From: an uncultured Verrucomicrobiota bacterium | GTDB lineage: Bacteria > Verrucomicrobiota > Verrucomicrobiia > Limisphaerales > UBA8199 | Length of the DNA stretch: 62,599 nucleotides | Assembly (NCBI GenBank): GCA_903873945.1 | Contig: CAIQQM010000227.1 | Coordinates: 66,781-129,379, forward strand | Reading direction: 5' to 3' | Shown: one piece after another, positions 1 to 10,039 of the stretch | Layout of the letters: each line of letters starts with the position of its first letter | Numbering within the stretch: the first letter of the stretch is position 1 | Made by a program: the position numbers and the translations under genes | The notes under the pieces: generated by a model | What the model saw: only the letters and a program-made list of their open reading frames with translations | The model's database searches: none | What the model was told of the DNA's origin: nothing

Positions 1-1128
1 AGGATCGTTCGAGAAAATTTGCATAAATCTCCACTTTACTCCGGTGCTATCCAGGGAGTTGGCCCAAGGTACTGCCCGTCGATTGAAGATAAGATAGTTA
101 AATTTCCGCACAAAGAGCGGCAGCAGATTTTTCTTGAGCCGGAGGGAATAGCTACGGATGAGATTTACGTGAATGGTTTTTCAACGTCCCTTCCTTTTGA
201 GGTTCAGGTCGAGATGGTAAAAACAATCATTGGTTGCGAAGAGGCTGAGATTTTACGACCAGCTTATGCTGTCGAGTATGATTTTGTACAGCCGACACAA
301 CTCAATCCATCACTGGAAACAAAGGTCTGCAGGAATCTCTACCTCGCCGGTCAGATCAATGGCACATCTGGATACGAAGAGGCTGGTGCTCAAGGACTTA
401 TAGCTGGAATTAACGCTGCCAGGCGGGTGAAAAATTTGGAACCTATTATATTGCGGCGTGACCAGGCATATATCGGGGTATTGATTGACGATTTGGTGAC
501 CAAAGGCACAGTTGAGCCATATAGGATGTTTACTTCCCGTGCGGAGTATCGGCTCTTATTGCGTCAGGACAACGCCGATCTCCGTTTATCCCGAATTGGA
601 TTTGAATCGGGTCTTTTGCCTGAAGGCAGGGTGCGCCAAGCCGAAACGAAGCGTACTGAGGTGGCGCAGGAAATCGAGCGTCTTGAGAAGACCTCCTTCG
701 GTTCTGAAACTCTTGCCCAGATACTGCGCCGACCAGAAGTGACGTACGCTGCTTTGCCTGGTCGGAAGGAGGGCCTATCGCTTGAAGTTGTCCAACAGGT
801 CGAAACCACGATAAAGTACGCTGGCTATATTGCGCGTCAGGAATCTGAGATTGCGAAATTCAAGAGTTTGGAGAACAAGCGGATACCGGCGGCGTTCGAC
901 TACACAACCGTCCCCAGCCTGCGGATGGAAGCGCGCCAGAAGTTGACAAAGTTACGTCCGGCGACGCTCGGGCAAGCGTCGCGCATTTCGGGTGTGTCGC
1001 CATCGGATGTCGCTATTGTTATGGTTTGGCTAAAGCGTTGCACATTGCAAAGCCGCGTTGAATCGAGTGAGACCGCAACGAGTGAAGGGGGAGACGGTTC
1101 CGATGATTTTGACCCGGAACCCGACTGA
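1..1128 (+). CDS. mnmG: tRNA uridine 5-carboxymethylaminomethyl modification enzyme MnmG/GidA, C-terminal part (5' end outside window)
   Basis: Frame 1 is open from base 1. [15 protein letters not shown] and [17 protein letters not shown] motifs are typical of MnmG. Stop at 1126-1128. Confidence 0.93.
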   Translation, partial: RIVRENLHKSPLYSGAIQGVGPRYCPSIEDKIVKFPHKERQQIFLEPEGIATDEIYVNGFSTSLPFEVQVEMVKTIIGCEEAEILRPAYAVEYDFVQPTQLNPSLETKVCRNLYLAGQINGTSGYEEAGAQGLIAGINAARRVKNLEPIILRRDQAYIGVLIDDLVTKGTVEPYRMFTSRAEYRLLLRQDNADLRLSRIGFESGLLPEGRVRQAETKRTEVAQEIERLEKTSFGSETLAQILRRPEVTYAALPGRKEGLSLEVVQQVETTIKYAGYIARQESEIAKFKSLENKRIPAAFDYTTVPSLRMEARQKLTKLRPATLGQASRISGVSPSDVAIVMVWLKRCTLQSRVESSETATSEGGDGSDDFDPEPD

Positions 1129-1223
1129 AACCCGCATGACCTTCACTTTGGGGACGGCAGGTTACCGATGATTTGCCGTGCTTGACCGGTCCATGTGCGC
1201 CAACTAGACTGCGCGTGATTCAG

Positions 1224-2183
1224 ATGAAAGCATTCCGCACCATGGTGGCAGCCGGGGTAGTAATGGGTTGCGCACTGCATGCCCGCGCGGAGTTGGCGAA
1301 TGCCATTCAGGCGCTCGTACACGATTCGGTCATCACTTACCAGGATGTGCAGACGCTGAACGAGCAGACAGCGGGATTACTTCAACGTCAGTACGGTAAC
1401 CAGCCGGAAGTGTTTCGACAAAGAATGGCGTCAGTCCAGACGAACAACCTGGAGAAGTTATTGGAGGAGCAACTGATCCTGCACGAGTTCAAGACCGCCG
1501 GCTACAACCTGCCCGAGAGCGTCATTGAGGATGAAGTGAGGGATCGTATACACGCCAAGTTTGGAGACCGGGCGACCCTGACCAAGACGCTGCAGGCAGA
1601 GGGGGTCACATTCGAACAATTCAAGGAACGGATCCGCGACCAATTCATTATCGAGGCGATGCGGCACAAGAACGTCTCGTCGGAGATCATTGTTTCGCCG
1701 CACAAAGTGGAGGTCTATTACCTTGCGCATAGGGAGGAGTTCAAGCTTGAGGATGAGGTCAAGCTGCGAATGATTGTTGTAAACCAGTCGACGGATACCA
1801 ACGCGCCGCAAGCCAGGAAGCTGGCGGAGGAGATACTTGCCAAGGTGAAGGAGGGGGCATCGTTTGCAGAAATGGCTGCCGTATATTCGCAAGGGTCGCA
1901 ACGCCATCAGGGCGGTGATTGGGGATGGGTGGAGAAATCGGTTTTGCGCAAGGAACTGGCTGAGGTTGCGTTTTCAATGAAGCCGGGTGAACGCAGCGGG
2001 GTAATCGAAACCCCTGAAGCCTGCTACCTGATGCTGGTGGAAGACACGCGCAAGGCCCATTACAAGTCTCTCAGTGAAGTGCGAGATCAGATTGAGCGGG
2101 ACCTAGTGCTGGAGGAACGGAGGCGTCTTGAGCAACAATGGGTAGAGAAAATGAAGAAGAAGACGTTTGTCAGGTATTTCTGA
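1224..2183 (+). CDS. SurA-like periplasmic chaperone / parvulin-type peptidyl-prolyl isomerase
   Basis: The ORF-track start 1173 is TTG. ATG at 1224 gives a signal-peptide-like N-terminus (MKAFRTMVAAGVVMGCALHARA). Parvulin-like block GDWGWVEKSVLRKELAEVAFSMKPGERSGVIETPEACYLMLVED. Sits directly upstream of pdxA, as in the proteobacterial surA-pdxA arrangement. Confidence 0.75.
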   Translation: MKAFRTMVAAGVVMGCALHARAELANAIQALVHDSVITYQDVQTLNEQTAGLLQRQYGNQPEVFRQRMASVQTNNLEKLLEEQLILHEFKTAGYNLPESVIEDEVRDRIHAKFGDRATLTKTLQAEGVTFEQFKERIRDQFIIEAMRHKNVSSEIIVSPHKVEVYYLAHREEFKLEDEVKLRMIVVNQSTDTNAPQARKLAEEILAKVKEGASFAEMAAVYSQGSQRHQGGDWGWVEKSVLRKELAEVAFSMKPGERSGVIETPEACYLMLVEDTRKAHYKSLSEVRDQIERDLVLEERRRLEQQWVEKMKKKTFVRYF

Positions 2184-2256
2184 AGCTTGAGCGTTTGAGC
2201 TTGCGGATTTCTTTGGCTGGCACCCCCAACGCTTACCCTTCAAACAGCAGGCGATC

Positions 2257-3264
2257 ATGACGGCATGGATTGGGATTTCATTGGGAGACGTCACGGGCAT
2301 CGGACCGGAAGTGACACTTAAAGCGCTCGCGGTCGAAGCCCGGGCCGAAGACGCGCGGTATTTGTTAATTGGCGATGCGGAGCATACTCGCCAACTCAAT
2401 CAGCAACTTGGGCTCAAGCTTTCCTTACAAACCTACGGCGGCAAAGAAGACACCGGCCGGATCTTTCTTTGCAACCCCCTCCCGGAACCACTAGCTCCCG
2501 ATTTGGTAGAAGGTTCGCCGGCAGCGGCGCGCGCGGCTATCGCGTGGCTAACTGAAGGAGCGGAGCGTTGCTTGCGGCGCGAGCTCGATGCGCTGGTAAC
2601 CGCGCCGTTGAGCAAGGCGGCGATTGTGCGAGCCGGGCAGGCTTTTATAGGGCAGACGGAGTTTCTTTCGCAACTGGCGGGTACAAACCGCACTGCAATG
2701 ATGTTGCTCGGCCAGGATGAGCGCGGTCGCTGGCTGCGTGTGGCGTTAGCGACGACTCATTTGCCTCTGAAACTCGTTTCTGAACAATTGACTCGAGAGA
2801 AGGTTAGACTCGCCATCGAACTGGCGGTCCAGGCCTGTCGCGATCTTGGTCTGCCCCGGGCGCGCGTAGCTGTTTGCGGCCTAAATCCACACGCCGGCGA
2901 GGATGGGGAGATGGGGGAAGAAGAAAGAATTACGATCGGACCGGTTGTTCTAGAGGCGCAACGGCGGCAAATCGATGTCGTCGGCCCGCTGAGCGCGGAC
3001 TCGTTATTCTACCAGGCTTACAAGGGAGAGTTCGATGCAGTCGTCGCGATGTACCATGATCAAGGTTTGGCCCCGTTGAAAATGGTAGCTTTCGAGCAGG
3101 GCGTGAACTGGACGCTAGGGCTGCCTTTCATACGCACGTCACCCGATCACGGGACGGCATATGACATCGCGGGCCAGGGCAGGGCAAATCCGTCGAGCAT
3201 GATTGCAGCAATCCGGCTGGCGAAACGACTTGCGCGCTCGCGGCAGCCCGCAGCTGGATTATGA
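2257..3264 (+). CDS. pdxA: 4-hydroxythreonine-4-phosphate dehydrogenase PdxA
   Basis: 335 aa. GDVTGIGPEV, NPHAGEDGEMG, AMYHDQGLAPLK and IRTSPDHGTAYDIAG blocks are typical of the PdxA family. Confidence 0.9.
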   Translation: MTAWIGISLGDVTGIGPEVTLKALAVEARAEDARYLLIGDAEHTRQLNQQLGLKLSLQTYGGKEDTGRIFLCNPLPEPLAPDLVEGSPAAARAAIAWLTEGAERCLRRELDALVTAPLSKAAIVRAGQAFIGQTEFLSQLAGTNRTAMMLLGQDERGRWLRVALATTHLPLKLVSEQLTREKVRLAIELAVQACRDLGLPRARVAVCGLNPHAGEDGEMGEEERITIGPVVLEAQRRQIDVVGPLSADSLFYQAYKGEFDAVVAMYHDQGLAPLKMVAFEQGVNWTLGLPFIRTSPDHGTAYDIAGQGRANPSSMIAAIRLAKRLARSRQPAAGL

Positions 3265-3302
3265 ACCTCCCGATTTCCGCTCCTTCGAACCTGTTAGAAC
3301 CA

Positions 3303-5972
3303 TCAGGGCTTTTGCGCGCCGATCTGGCCGCGCGTAACTCCGAGCTGATTCAGCAGCTTCAATTCACGCCATAGCTGCGTGCCCGTGAGTTCGCCGCAGA
3401 GCAATTGCCGGTATTTGGAAATGGTTTGCGCAGTCAGCGCGGGGGTCTCGTCAAGGAATTCGATTCGGAAAAACCGCACGCCCAGAGCCAGCATTCGTGT
3501 GGCGTAATCCGCGCCGGTTTGCGCGAGAGCATGGAACACGGTGTTTCGGCAACCAACATCCGCTTTGACGGGATGCTCCGCCCCAACGTGATCGTGAAGT
3601 TTGAGGTTGTGCGTGTCACAGGGACGGCCGCAATCCGTATAGTCCGTGCCGTTGGTCAGGAAGGCGCAGAACAAGCAATGCTCCATATGAAACATGGGCA
3701 TGTGCTGGTGGATGGTCACTTCAAACCATCCGGGCGGCGCGGCCTGAAGCAATGCCTCGAGCTGCATGAAATTCAAGTCGTAGGAGGCGGTGATACGTTC
3801 CAGAGCGAACTTATTTTTGAAATAATCGGCCGTGAGCGCGTTGGCAATGTTGAGCGAGTAATCGCCAATCCGCCGCTCCCCCGCAAAAAAATTCAACTGG
3901 TCGTAATTGCGAACCAAGTAGCCATCCGCATCACACGACCGAACCTGTTTGAGCGTCCACTCCTCACCCATCTTGAAAATTCTAGGAGGCGCGACAAAGA
4001 TTTCAGGTTTGAGATTGCCGGATGTCAAATCGCGGTGATGTGCCATTGCTACAGCATCCCGGTATATTTTCGGGTCTTCGAATTCACAATAAATGGTCCG
4101 GACTCCGCTTTGCAGGGCGGCTTCGAGCTGCGCCAAGCTTCGCACGAGAACAAGCAACTGCGGCATGCATGGACGGGCTACGGACGGCGCGGGATCGGGA
4201 TGTATGGTAGAGGATGCTCGCGTCACGGAGAGTGCCGGGAGAAGTGTCCAGCCCGGCGGTCGCGCGCGATGGCCCTGGAGCGCAGTCACCAATTCACGGC
4301 GCAGACGGTTTAGTTCGCTTACAGGCAACAACACATTACCCCGAAGTAGGTTTTTCAACTCGCCAAGTTTGAATGGCGTGCCTCCGAGACGCCCCAATTG
4401 CTCACGCAGTTGCCCTGTCTTCAGGGGCCGTTTTCGCGCCTCGACCAGCGGCATGTTCGACTCAACCTGAACCACGTTGCCAAGTTCATCACGTCCAATA
4501 AGGGTGAGGGTGTGACCGGCGGCGCCATAAACTTCCATCTGGAGAGGTCGTTGAAAACGCGGTTTATCACCGGCATAAGTCTTGTGCAAGCGGCGGTCGA
4601 GTTCCGGATCGCTAGTTTTCCAGAGCTTGTCGCCGGCATGAATGCGATGAAAATTCAGGTCGCCTTGACCGAAACCGAGCCAGGTCTCTGCGCCGTGTTT
4701 CTCCACGGTGTAAACGCGGCCGCCCTCTTCTTCCTGCTCGGGATTGCCAGCATCGAACACAACGCCATCCCCGGGCTTAACCGGGCCCCGGAGGCCGATA
4801 CAAACGCGATCAACTTTGATCTGTGATATTTCCCCGAGATAAATGCCGCGCTTTTTGCCAAAACGTCCATGGACGAGCTGCTGGTTATTGGTGCCGCGAA
4901 ACCAGCCAGTGTAAAGACCTCTGGAAAAGGCCATCCCCATTTCGTAGTTGAACGAGCTCGGGTCCAATGTATAGGGTCCGGCGGGAGTGGCTGGGATATT
5001 CTTTCTTTTGCTCTCCGCCTCGTGACCCTCCGAAAGAGAATCCAGCGCCTGCCGATAAATGCGGGTGATGTTGGCGACATATTCCGGTGACTTGAGCCTG
5101 CCTTCGATTTTGAGAGAAGAGACACCCGAACGGACTAGAGCGGGCAGGACTTCCAAACCCGCCAGGTCCTGCGGGCTCAGTAGATACTTTCTGTTCCCCA
5201 GAGGGACTTGTCTGCCATCGGCGATTAAATCGTAAGGCATGCGGCAGGCTTGGGCGCACTCGCCGCGATTGGCAGAGCGTCCGCCCAGAGCTTCGCTCGT
5301 AAGGCATTGGCCGGAATACGCGACGCAGAGGGCGCCGTGGATAAAGACCTCCAACGGCAGTTTGGGGACAAGACCGGAAGGTGGAGAGTTTGCGGCTTGC
5401 GCGGCCTGGATTTTCTCAATTTCCCACAGGGAGCACTCCCGCGCGAGCACCACGAGATTGCAGCCAAGGTCGCGAGCGAACTCGATGCCGCCAGCGCTTG
5501 TGATCGTCATCTGCGTAGAGGCGTGAATCGGAAAATCGGGGGAAAGGCGACGGATCAATCGGCAGATGCCAACATCCTGAACTACTGCCGCGTCAACACC
5601 GGCGGCGATCATCGCGCGCACATAGGCTTCGGCCTGCGGCATTTCGTTTTCAAAAACGAGGATATTGAAAGTGAGGTAACCTTTGACGCCCCGCTGATGC
5701 AGGAACTCCATTAGTTTCGGCAAGTCCGCCTCAGTGAAGTTCTGCGCCCGCATTCGCGCGCTGAACTTCTCCAAGCCGAAATAAATCGCGTCGGCGCCGT
5801 TTTCGATCGCGGCCCTGGCACATGCCCAATCGCCGGCTGGCGCGAGCAACTCGGGCAGGCACAACGCGGAAGTTCTACCGAAACCCGAATCCGGTTTCGT
5901 TTTGCGCAACCTCTGTTCTACAACCGAACTAGTTCGATCGCGGTTCATCAGCAAAGGGAAGTTAGCCTTCAT
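3303..5972 (-). CDS. Large two-domain peptidase-U32-family protein (about 889 aa)
   Basis: ATG at 5972 (the track start 5987 is TTG). ELLAPAGD N-terminal block. U32 signature-like EVFIHGALCVAYSGQC followed by C-x6-C-x15-C-x3-C. The C-terminal half has a second Cys cluster, HCLFC-x11-C-x3-C. Confidence 0.85.
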   Translation of the reverse strand: MKANFPLLMNRDRTSSVVEQRLRKTKPDSGFGRTSALCLPELLAPAGDWACARAAIENGADAIYFGLEKFSARMRAQNFTEADLPKLMEFLHQRGVKGYLTFNILVFENEMPQAEAYVRAMIAAGVDAAVVQDVGICRLIRRLSPDFPIHASTQMTITSAGGIEFARDLGCNLVVLARECSLWEIEKIQAAQAANSPPSGLVPKLPLEVFIHGALCVAYSGQCLTSEALGGRSANRGECAQACRMPYDLIADGRQVPLGNRKYLLSPQDLAGLEVLPALVRSGVSSLKIEGRLKSPEYVANITRIYRQALDSLSEGHEAESKRKNIPATPAGPYTLDPSSFNYEMGMAFSRGLYTGWFRGTNNQQLVHGRFGKKRGIYLGEISQIKVDRVCIGLRGPVKPGDGVVFDAGNPEQEEEGGRVYTVEKHGAETWLGFGQGDLNFHRIHAGDKLWKTSDPELDRRLHKTYAGDKPRFQRPLQMEVYGAAGHTLTLIGRDELGNVVQVESNMPLVEARKRPLKTGQLREQLGRLGGTPFKLGELKNLLRGNVLLPVSELNRLRRELVTALQGHRARPPGWTLLPALSVTRASSTIHPDPAPSVARPCMPQLLVLVRSLAQLEAALQSGVRTIYCEFEDPKIYRDAVAMAHHRDLTSGNLKPEIFVAPPRIFKMGEEWTLKQVRSCDADGYLVRNYDQLNFFAGERRIGDYSLNIANALTADYFKNKFALERITASYDLNFMQLEALLQAAPPGWFEVTIHQHMPMFHMEHCLFCAFLTNGTDYTDCGRPCDTHNLKLHDHVGAEHPVKADVGCRNTVFHALAQTGADYATRMLALGVRFFRIEFLDETPALTAQTISKYRQLLCGELTGTQLWRELKLLNQLGVTRGQIGAQKP

Positions 5973-6089
5973 GTCACCTTGGCACAAAAGGTTATTTGGG
6001 TGGATTGCGGATGCCTGTATCTGCTCGCGAGGGATTATTTATCCAATTTCAAAACCTGCGGCTCTAAATTGCATGACGTTCGATTCGTT

Positions 6090-6106
6090 GTGATGAAATT
6101 CATCAC
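6090..6106. promoter_or_regulatory. Perfect 8-1-8 palindrome GTGATGAA-A-TTCATCAC, candidate operator upstream of the U32 gene
   Basis: Read directly from the sequence. Lies about 120 nt upstream of the U32 ATG, in the 284-nt spacer between the Sel1 and U32 genes. No regulator can be assigned. Confidence 0.3.
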
Positions 6107-6256
6107 CGAAGCGCGCGTCACCTATTTTTTTCATGGTCAATGCGCGGAACTTCTCTGGCTTGGAAAGCGGCTACTCGAACGAGCTTCCATATACGGTGCC
6201 CGCAAGCGGCCCAATGGTCGGCGGGCTGGCGCTAACGCGTGTCCAAACCCACTCAG

Positions 6257-6793
6257 CTAGGCCTTTTTGTCCGCAACAAATGCAGTCACTCGCCGCCCGC
6301 CTTCGGCCACTTCTTCCAGCGTCATGCCCAGCGCCACAAACTCGCAGGCGTTCTCCGCCCCCCGGTAGCCTTGGGCTGCGGACAACCGCACCCATTTCAG
6401 CGCCTCAATCCGCCCTTCGGACACCGCTCCCGGCAGGCTCTCCCGGCAGGCCCGGTGTTGCTGCACTCCCAGCCTGTATTGGGCGCCTGCATCGCCGAGC
6501 TTCGCCGCCCGGGTCATCCACATCAACGATTTCGCTTCATCCCGCAATACTCCCTGTCCCTGTCCATACATCACCGCAAGATTAAACTGCGCCAAAGCAT
6601 GGTTTAGCTCAGCCGCCTGTCCATACCAGTGGGCTGCTTGCGTATAATCCTGGGCGTTTCCCTCTCCTCCGGCAAATCTCACCCCCTTCAGGAACTGCCC
6701 CTCCGCTCCGGCTGAGCCTTCCTGTATTTCTGGAATTTCCACATCCCGCGCTTCTGCGCGGCTGAACCACTGGCGGAGAAAAGAAGGAACCAT
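6257..6793 (-). CDS. Sel1-like (SLR/TPR-like) repeat protein
   Basis: 178 aa with repeated A-x-x-Y/F-x-L-G/A-x-x-Y...G units (AQFNLAVMYGQGQGVLRDEAKSLMWMTRAAKLGDAGAQYRLG). ATG start at 6793. Confidence 0.75.
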   Translation of the reverse strand: MVPSFLRQWFSRAEARDVEIPEIQEGSAGAEGQFLKGVRFAGGEGNAQDYTQAAHWYGQAAELNHALAQFNLAVMYGQGQGVLRDEAKSLMWMTRAAKLGDAGAQYRLGVQQHRACRESLPGAVSEGRIEALKWVRLSAAQGYRGAENACEFVALGMTLEEVAEGGRRVTAFVADKKA

Positions 6794-7056
6794 GCTTTCA
6801 ACATTAATCTCACTAAATCATTTTACAAGTTTATTTTAACATTTCTCAAACAGACCTTGGCGCAAACTTGTCCCAAAACGAGTCGAACCCTTGACGACAG
6901 CTTTCGCACAGTGAAGGGGAGATAGGGGACTTGCAGGACACATATGCCGAGCGCTAGCGGGTCGGTCGGATAAAGCGTGCCGAATGTCGCCTTCCCAAGA
7001 TTAAGCACGGTTTTCACAGAAGAAGGCTCGGGATCAAAGCGAGAGCTTCGGAATTT

Positions 7057-8505
7057 TCAAGTTTTGGGCTTTCCTACCGAACACCACGTTCCGGCGAGCG
7101 CGGGCAGGTTGCAGTTTTCGCAGAGAGCGTTCGAACGGTCACAGAAATCTCGCACGATCTGGATAAGCCCCTGTTGCGCCGCCGCACTGGTCAGCACCCG
7201 GCGCGGAGCGCCGCCAAGCAGCCGCTGCCGCGCCAGCCGAAGCACCGCATTATCTTCCGCTGCCGACCAGCTAAAATACCGGCGTTCGAGACTACGCCGC
7301 ACGGTATCATTCCTCCCCTCCGCCGCCCGGCTCCAGAGCCAGGGCAGCACCACGTTCACGGCCAAATCCGTTGCGCGCGCGGGGCCCAGCAGCGGTTGTA
7401 GTTTCTTGAGCCTTGCGGATCGGAACGTGCAGTGCCATGACCAGAAATCGTCCGGCTCCACTTGCAACGTTTCCAGAAGGGAACTTTCGAGCGTTGCCTG
7501 CGGCAGGTCCAGACCGCACCAGCGTTCCAATTTCCCCGCGATATTACCACCCAGAGCCCAGAGTGATGCAAGCGCTACGCGGCGCTGGGGATGGTTAGCC
7601 GGGCGCAACCCATGCAAATGCCAAAGCGCTCGTGGCAGGACGTAGTCCGAAAATTCATCCCGCTCCCGCCACCAATGGTCCCACACTTGTTTGAGATAGG
7701 CGTCCGTAGCCGACTGGGAGCGGGTCAGCTCAACGGGCAGTAAGCCGCAGAGGCCGAAGAACCGCGCCTGCAAAGCGAGCTTTCCGTCACGGCGAACTGA
7801 CCAGAACGGACGCAGTTCAGCCAAACGTTGCATGGGCCAGGCATTATGCTTGTAACCTAGGGCACGAAACAGTCCTTCCCAGAGCGATTGCTCCCAGCCA
7901 GCCTGCCGGGCCCGTGCTTGAAATTGCGCCGCCTTGCTTTGCAAGCGCACTTGCGCGGCCTCGTGCAGCAGGACTACCAGGCGCTCAAGCTCCATGCCGC
8001 GCAACGGGACACAGCATTTCCCCCGGGTTTGCTCCGGAAAGACCTGCGCTGCTTCGCCGCCCAGCCAAAAGCTTAGTTCGCCCAGCGGCGCGTCGAGCGT
8101 TTGCTGCAGCGGCAAAGTCGGGGGTGCTCCGTTCGCCGTATGGTCGCCCTCCCAGATCACGTGGAGAATCACATTCGCGAAAGCGGGATTCCGATCGTGG
8201 CCATGGGCGTGCCAGCCGCCAGGGCGAAGGTCCACCTCCACGTCGCCTGTGCAAGGTGGCCGGTTACCGATCTGGACAATCGCACCGCGAAAGTCCGGGC
8301 CGCCCTCCAAGCTCTGGAAACCTGGATGGAAAACGCGCACCGGCAAGCCATCCAGTGTTTTCAGCCGGTCGCGAAGCAAGCGCTGGTGCTGCCAGATGGA
8401 TTGTAGAAGATGTTCGGGCGGGGAATCCCGATCCTCATGCAGAAGCGCAACCACGCCGCACTCCACGCGCCACCGGGCGTAAAAGTTGGTCAAGACCGGA
8501 AACAC
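7057..8505 (-). CDS. DUF2851-family protein
   Basis: 482 aa, GTG start. The N-terminal block LLQSIWQHQRL...LDGLPVRVFHPGFQSLEGGPDFRGAIVQIG...GDVEVDLRPGGWHAHGHDRNPAFANVILHVIW matches my recollection of the DUF2851 pattern. Confidence 0.7.
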   Translation of the reverse strand: MFPVLTNFYARWRVECGVVALLHEDRDSPPEHLLQSIWQHQRLLRDRLKTLDGLPVRVFHPGFQSLEGGPDFRGAIVQIGNRPPCTGDVEVDLRPGGWHAHGHDRNPAFANVILHVIWEGDHTANGAPPTLPLQQTLDAPLGELSFWLGGEAAQVFPEQTRGKCCVPLRGMELERLVVLLHEAAQVRLQSKAAQFQARARQAGWEQSLWEGLFRALGYKHNAWPMQRLAELRPFWSVRRDGKLALQARFFGLCGLLPVELTRSQSATDAYLKQVWDHWWRERDEFSDYVLPRALWHLHGLRPANHPQRRVALASLWALGGNIAGKLERWCGLDLPQATLESSLLETLQVEPDDFWSWHCTFRSARLKKLQPLLGPARATDLAVNVVLPWLWSRAAEGRNDTVRRSLERRYFSWSAAEDNAVLRLARQRLLGGAPRRVLTSAAAQQGLIQIVRDFCDRSNALCENCNLPALAGTWCSVGKPKT

Positions 8506-8608
8506 CTAGCATTGCTTTTGCAGGTTCGTTACCCCAAAGTCAAGCCGTTCCCAGTTCTCCGCCGCCAGAGAAAATTGAACGAATCCAAAGGCGGCTTTGC
8601 CTGTTGAT

Positions 8609-9994
8609 ATGATTATGACAATGAGCCGCAAGCAACCTGGTTTTGATTGGCTGGGGCGCATAGTGGCGCCCGGCTGTCTCATTTTCGTTCTATCAGCCGG
8701 AAGGTTGTATGGGGCGGAGGCCGATGTTCGCCGCGACTCTACCGTGGCCGCAATCGAGCAAGTCATGCCGAGTGTTGTCAATATCGCCACGGAGACAATC
8801 ATCCAGCACCATGACTATTACGAGGACCTGCTCCGCCAGTTTTATGGCTGGCCCGGCGTGGCGCCACGGTCGCAGCGCTCGATCAGCCTTGGTTCCGGGG
8901 TGATCATTGATGAGGATGGCTATCTTCTGACCAATTTCCACGTCGTTCAGCGCGCCAGCCGCATCCAGGTCAAGCTTTGGAACGGCAAGGAGTACGAGGC
9001 TGAGCCCAAACTTGCCCGACCTGGCAGCGACGTGGCCCTGTTGAAAATCAAGGCGAAACCCGGCGAGAAGTTCAAAGCGATACAATTTGCACAGGACGAT
9101 GACCTGATATTGGGTGAGACCGTCCTGGCGCTTGGCAACCCGTTTGGCCTGGGCGGCTCGGTAACCAAAGGCATTTTGAGTTCGAAAAACAGGCGTCTTT
9201 CCTCCGATACGGAACCGCTCAACGTTCAGGATTGGCTCGAAACCGACGCCTCGATCAACCCGGGGAACAGCGGCGGCCCGCTGGTCAACCTGCGCGGCGA
9301 GCTAATCGGTTTGAACGTCGCCGTCGCTCGCGAACAAGAGGGCATGGGCATCGGTTTCTCCATTCCCATCAAGCAGGTTTCAGCCTCGCTGTCCCACTTT
9401 TTCACACCGGAGTGGACGGACTCGCTATGGTTCGGCGCGGAGCTCAAAGCGGGTCCCGGTCCATTGCTGGTGACTTCCCTGGTTCCCGGGAGCCCCGCCG
9501 CCAAAGCCGGGTTGCGCGAGGGCGATGAAATCGTGCGGATCGACGGCCAGACCGTTCATGGTCTCATCGCCGCCAACCGCCTGCTGTGCTCAGCCACGGA
9601 TCACACCAGCCAGTTGAACGTGCGCTTCGGCCACGAGCTCCGAACGCTCCTTGTCCGGCTGGTTCCCCTGAAAGAACTTATCCGGCAAAAACTAGGATGC
9701 GTGCTGGTGGAACTTACCGCGACCAACGCGGCCAAATTCGGCATACAACCCGGCGCAGGGTTATTGATAGAAGACGTCGAGCAGGGAGGACCCGCCGACC
9801 TGGCTCGGCTGCAACAGGGGTATCTCGTGACGGGAATCGACAGCCAGAAAGTCGCGGAAATCAAACAGGTGGCCGAAATCCTGTCGTCGAAGAAACGGGG
9901 TGAACTGGCGCGTCTTTCAGTTGTGGTGCCGCGGCGACTAGGTCCAAACCAGATTGAATATCAGCAGGTAGTGGTGGAGGCGCAGAGTCGTTAA
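8609..9994 (+). CDS. HtrA/DegP-family trypsin-like serine protease with PDZ domain(s)
   Basis: Catalytic triad context: TNFHVV, SDVALLKI, GNSGGPLVNLRGELIGLNV. PDZ-like GSPAAKAGLREGDEIVRIDGQ. N-terminal hydrophobic anchor. Start chosen at the first ATG (8609); the track start 8597 is TTG. Confidence 0.85.
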   Translation: MIMTMSRKQPGFDWLGRIVAPGCLIFVLSAGRLYGAEADVRRDSTVAAIEQVMPSVVNIATETIIQHHDYYEDLLRQFYGWPGVAPRSQRSISLGSGVIIDEDGYLLTNFHVVQRASRIQVKLWNGKEYEAEPKLARPGSDVALLKIKAKPGEKFKAIQFAQDDDLILGETVLALGNPFGLGGSVTKGILSSKNRRLSSDTEPLNVQDWLETDASINPGNSGGPLVNLRGELIGLNVAVAREQEGMGIGFSIPIKQVSASLSHFFTPEWTDSLWFGAELKAGPGPLLVTSLVPGSPAAKAGLREGDEIVRIDGQTVHGLIAANRLLCSATDHTSQLNVRFGHELRTLLVRLVPLKELIRQKLGCVLVELTATNAAKFGIQPGAGLLIEDVEQGGPADLARLQQGYLVTGIDSQKVAEIKQVAEILSSKKRGELARLSVVVPRRLGPNQIEYQQVVVEAQSR

Positions 9995-10039
9995 TTTTTG
10001 TTCGCCCAATCGCCGCTTTTTGGCTAAACTTCCATTTGC

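Noticed and set aside
5979-6585. Plus-strand ORFs of 93, 150 and 122 aa in and beside the U32/Sel1 spacer
   Set aside because: The first has no start context or motifs and spans an intergenic spacer. The others are Pro/Arg-rich shadows of the Sel1 gene.
7914-8612. 232-aa and 182-aa plus-strand ORFs
   Set aside because: They are antisense to the DUF2851 gene. Extremely Arg/Pro/Ala-rich.
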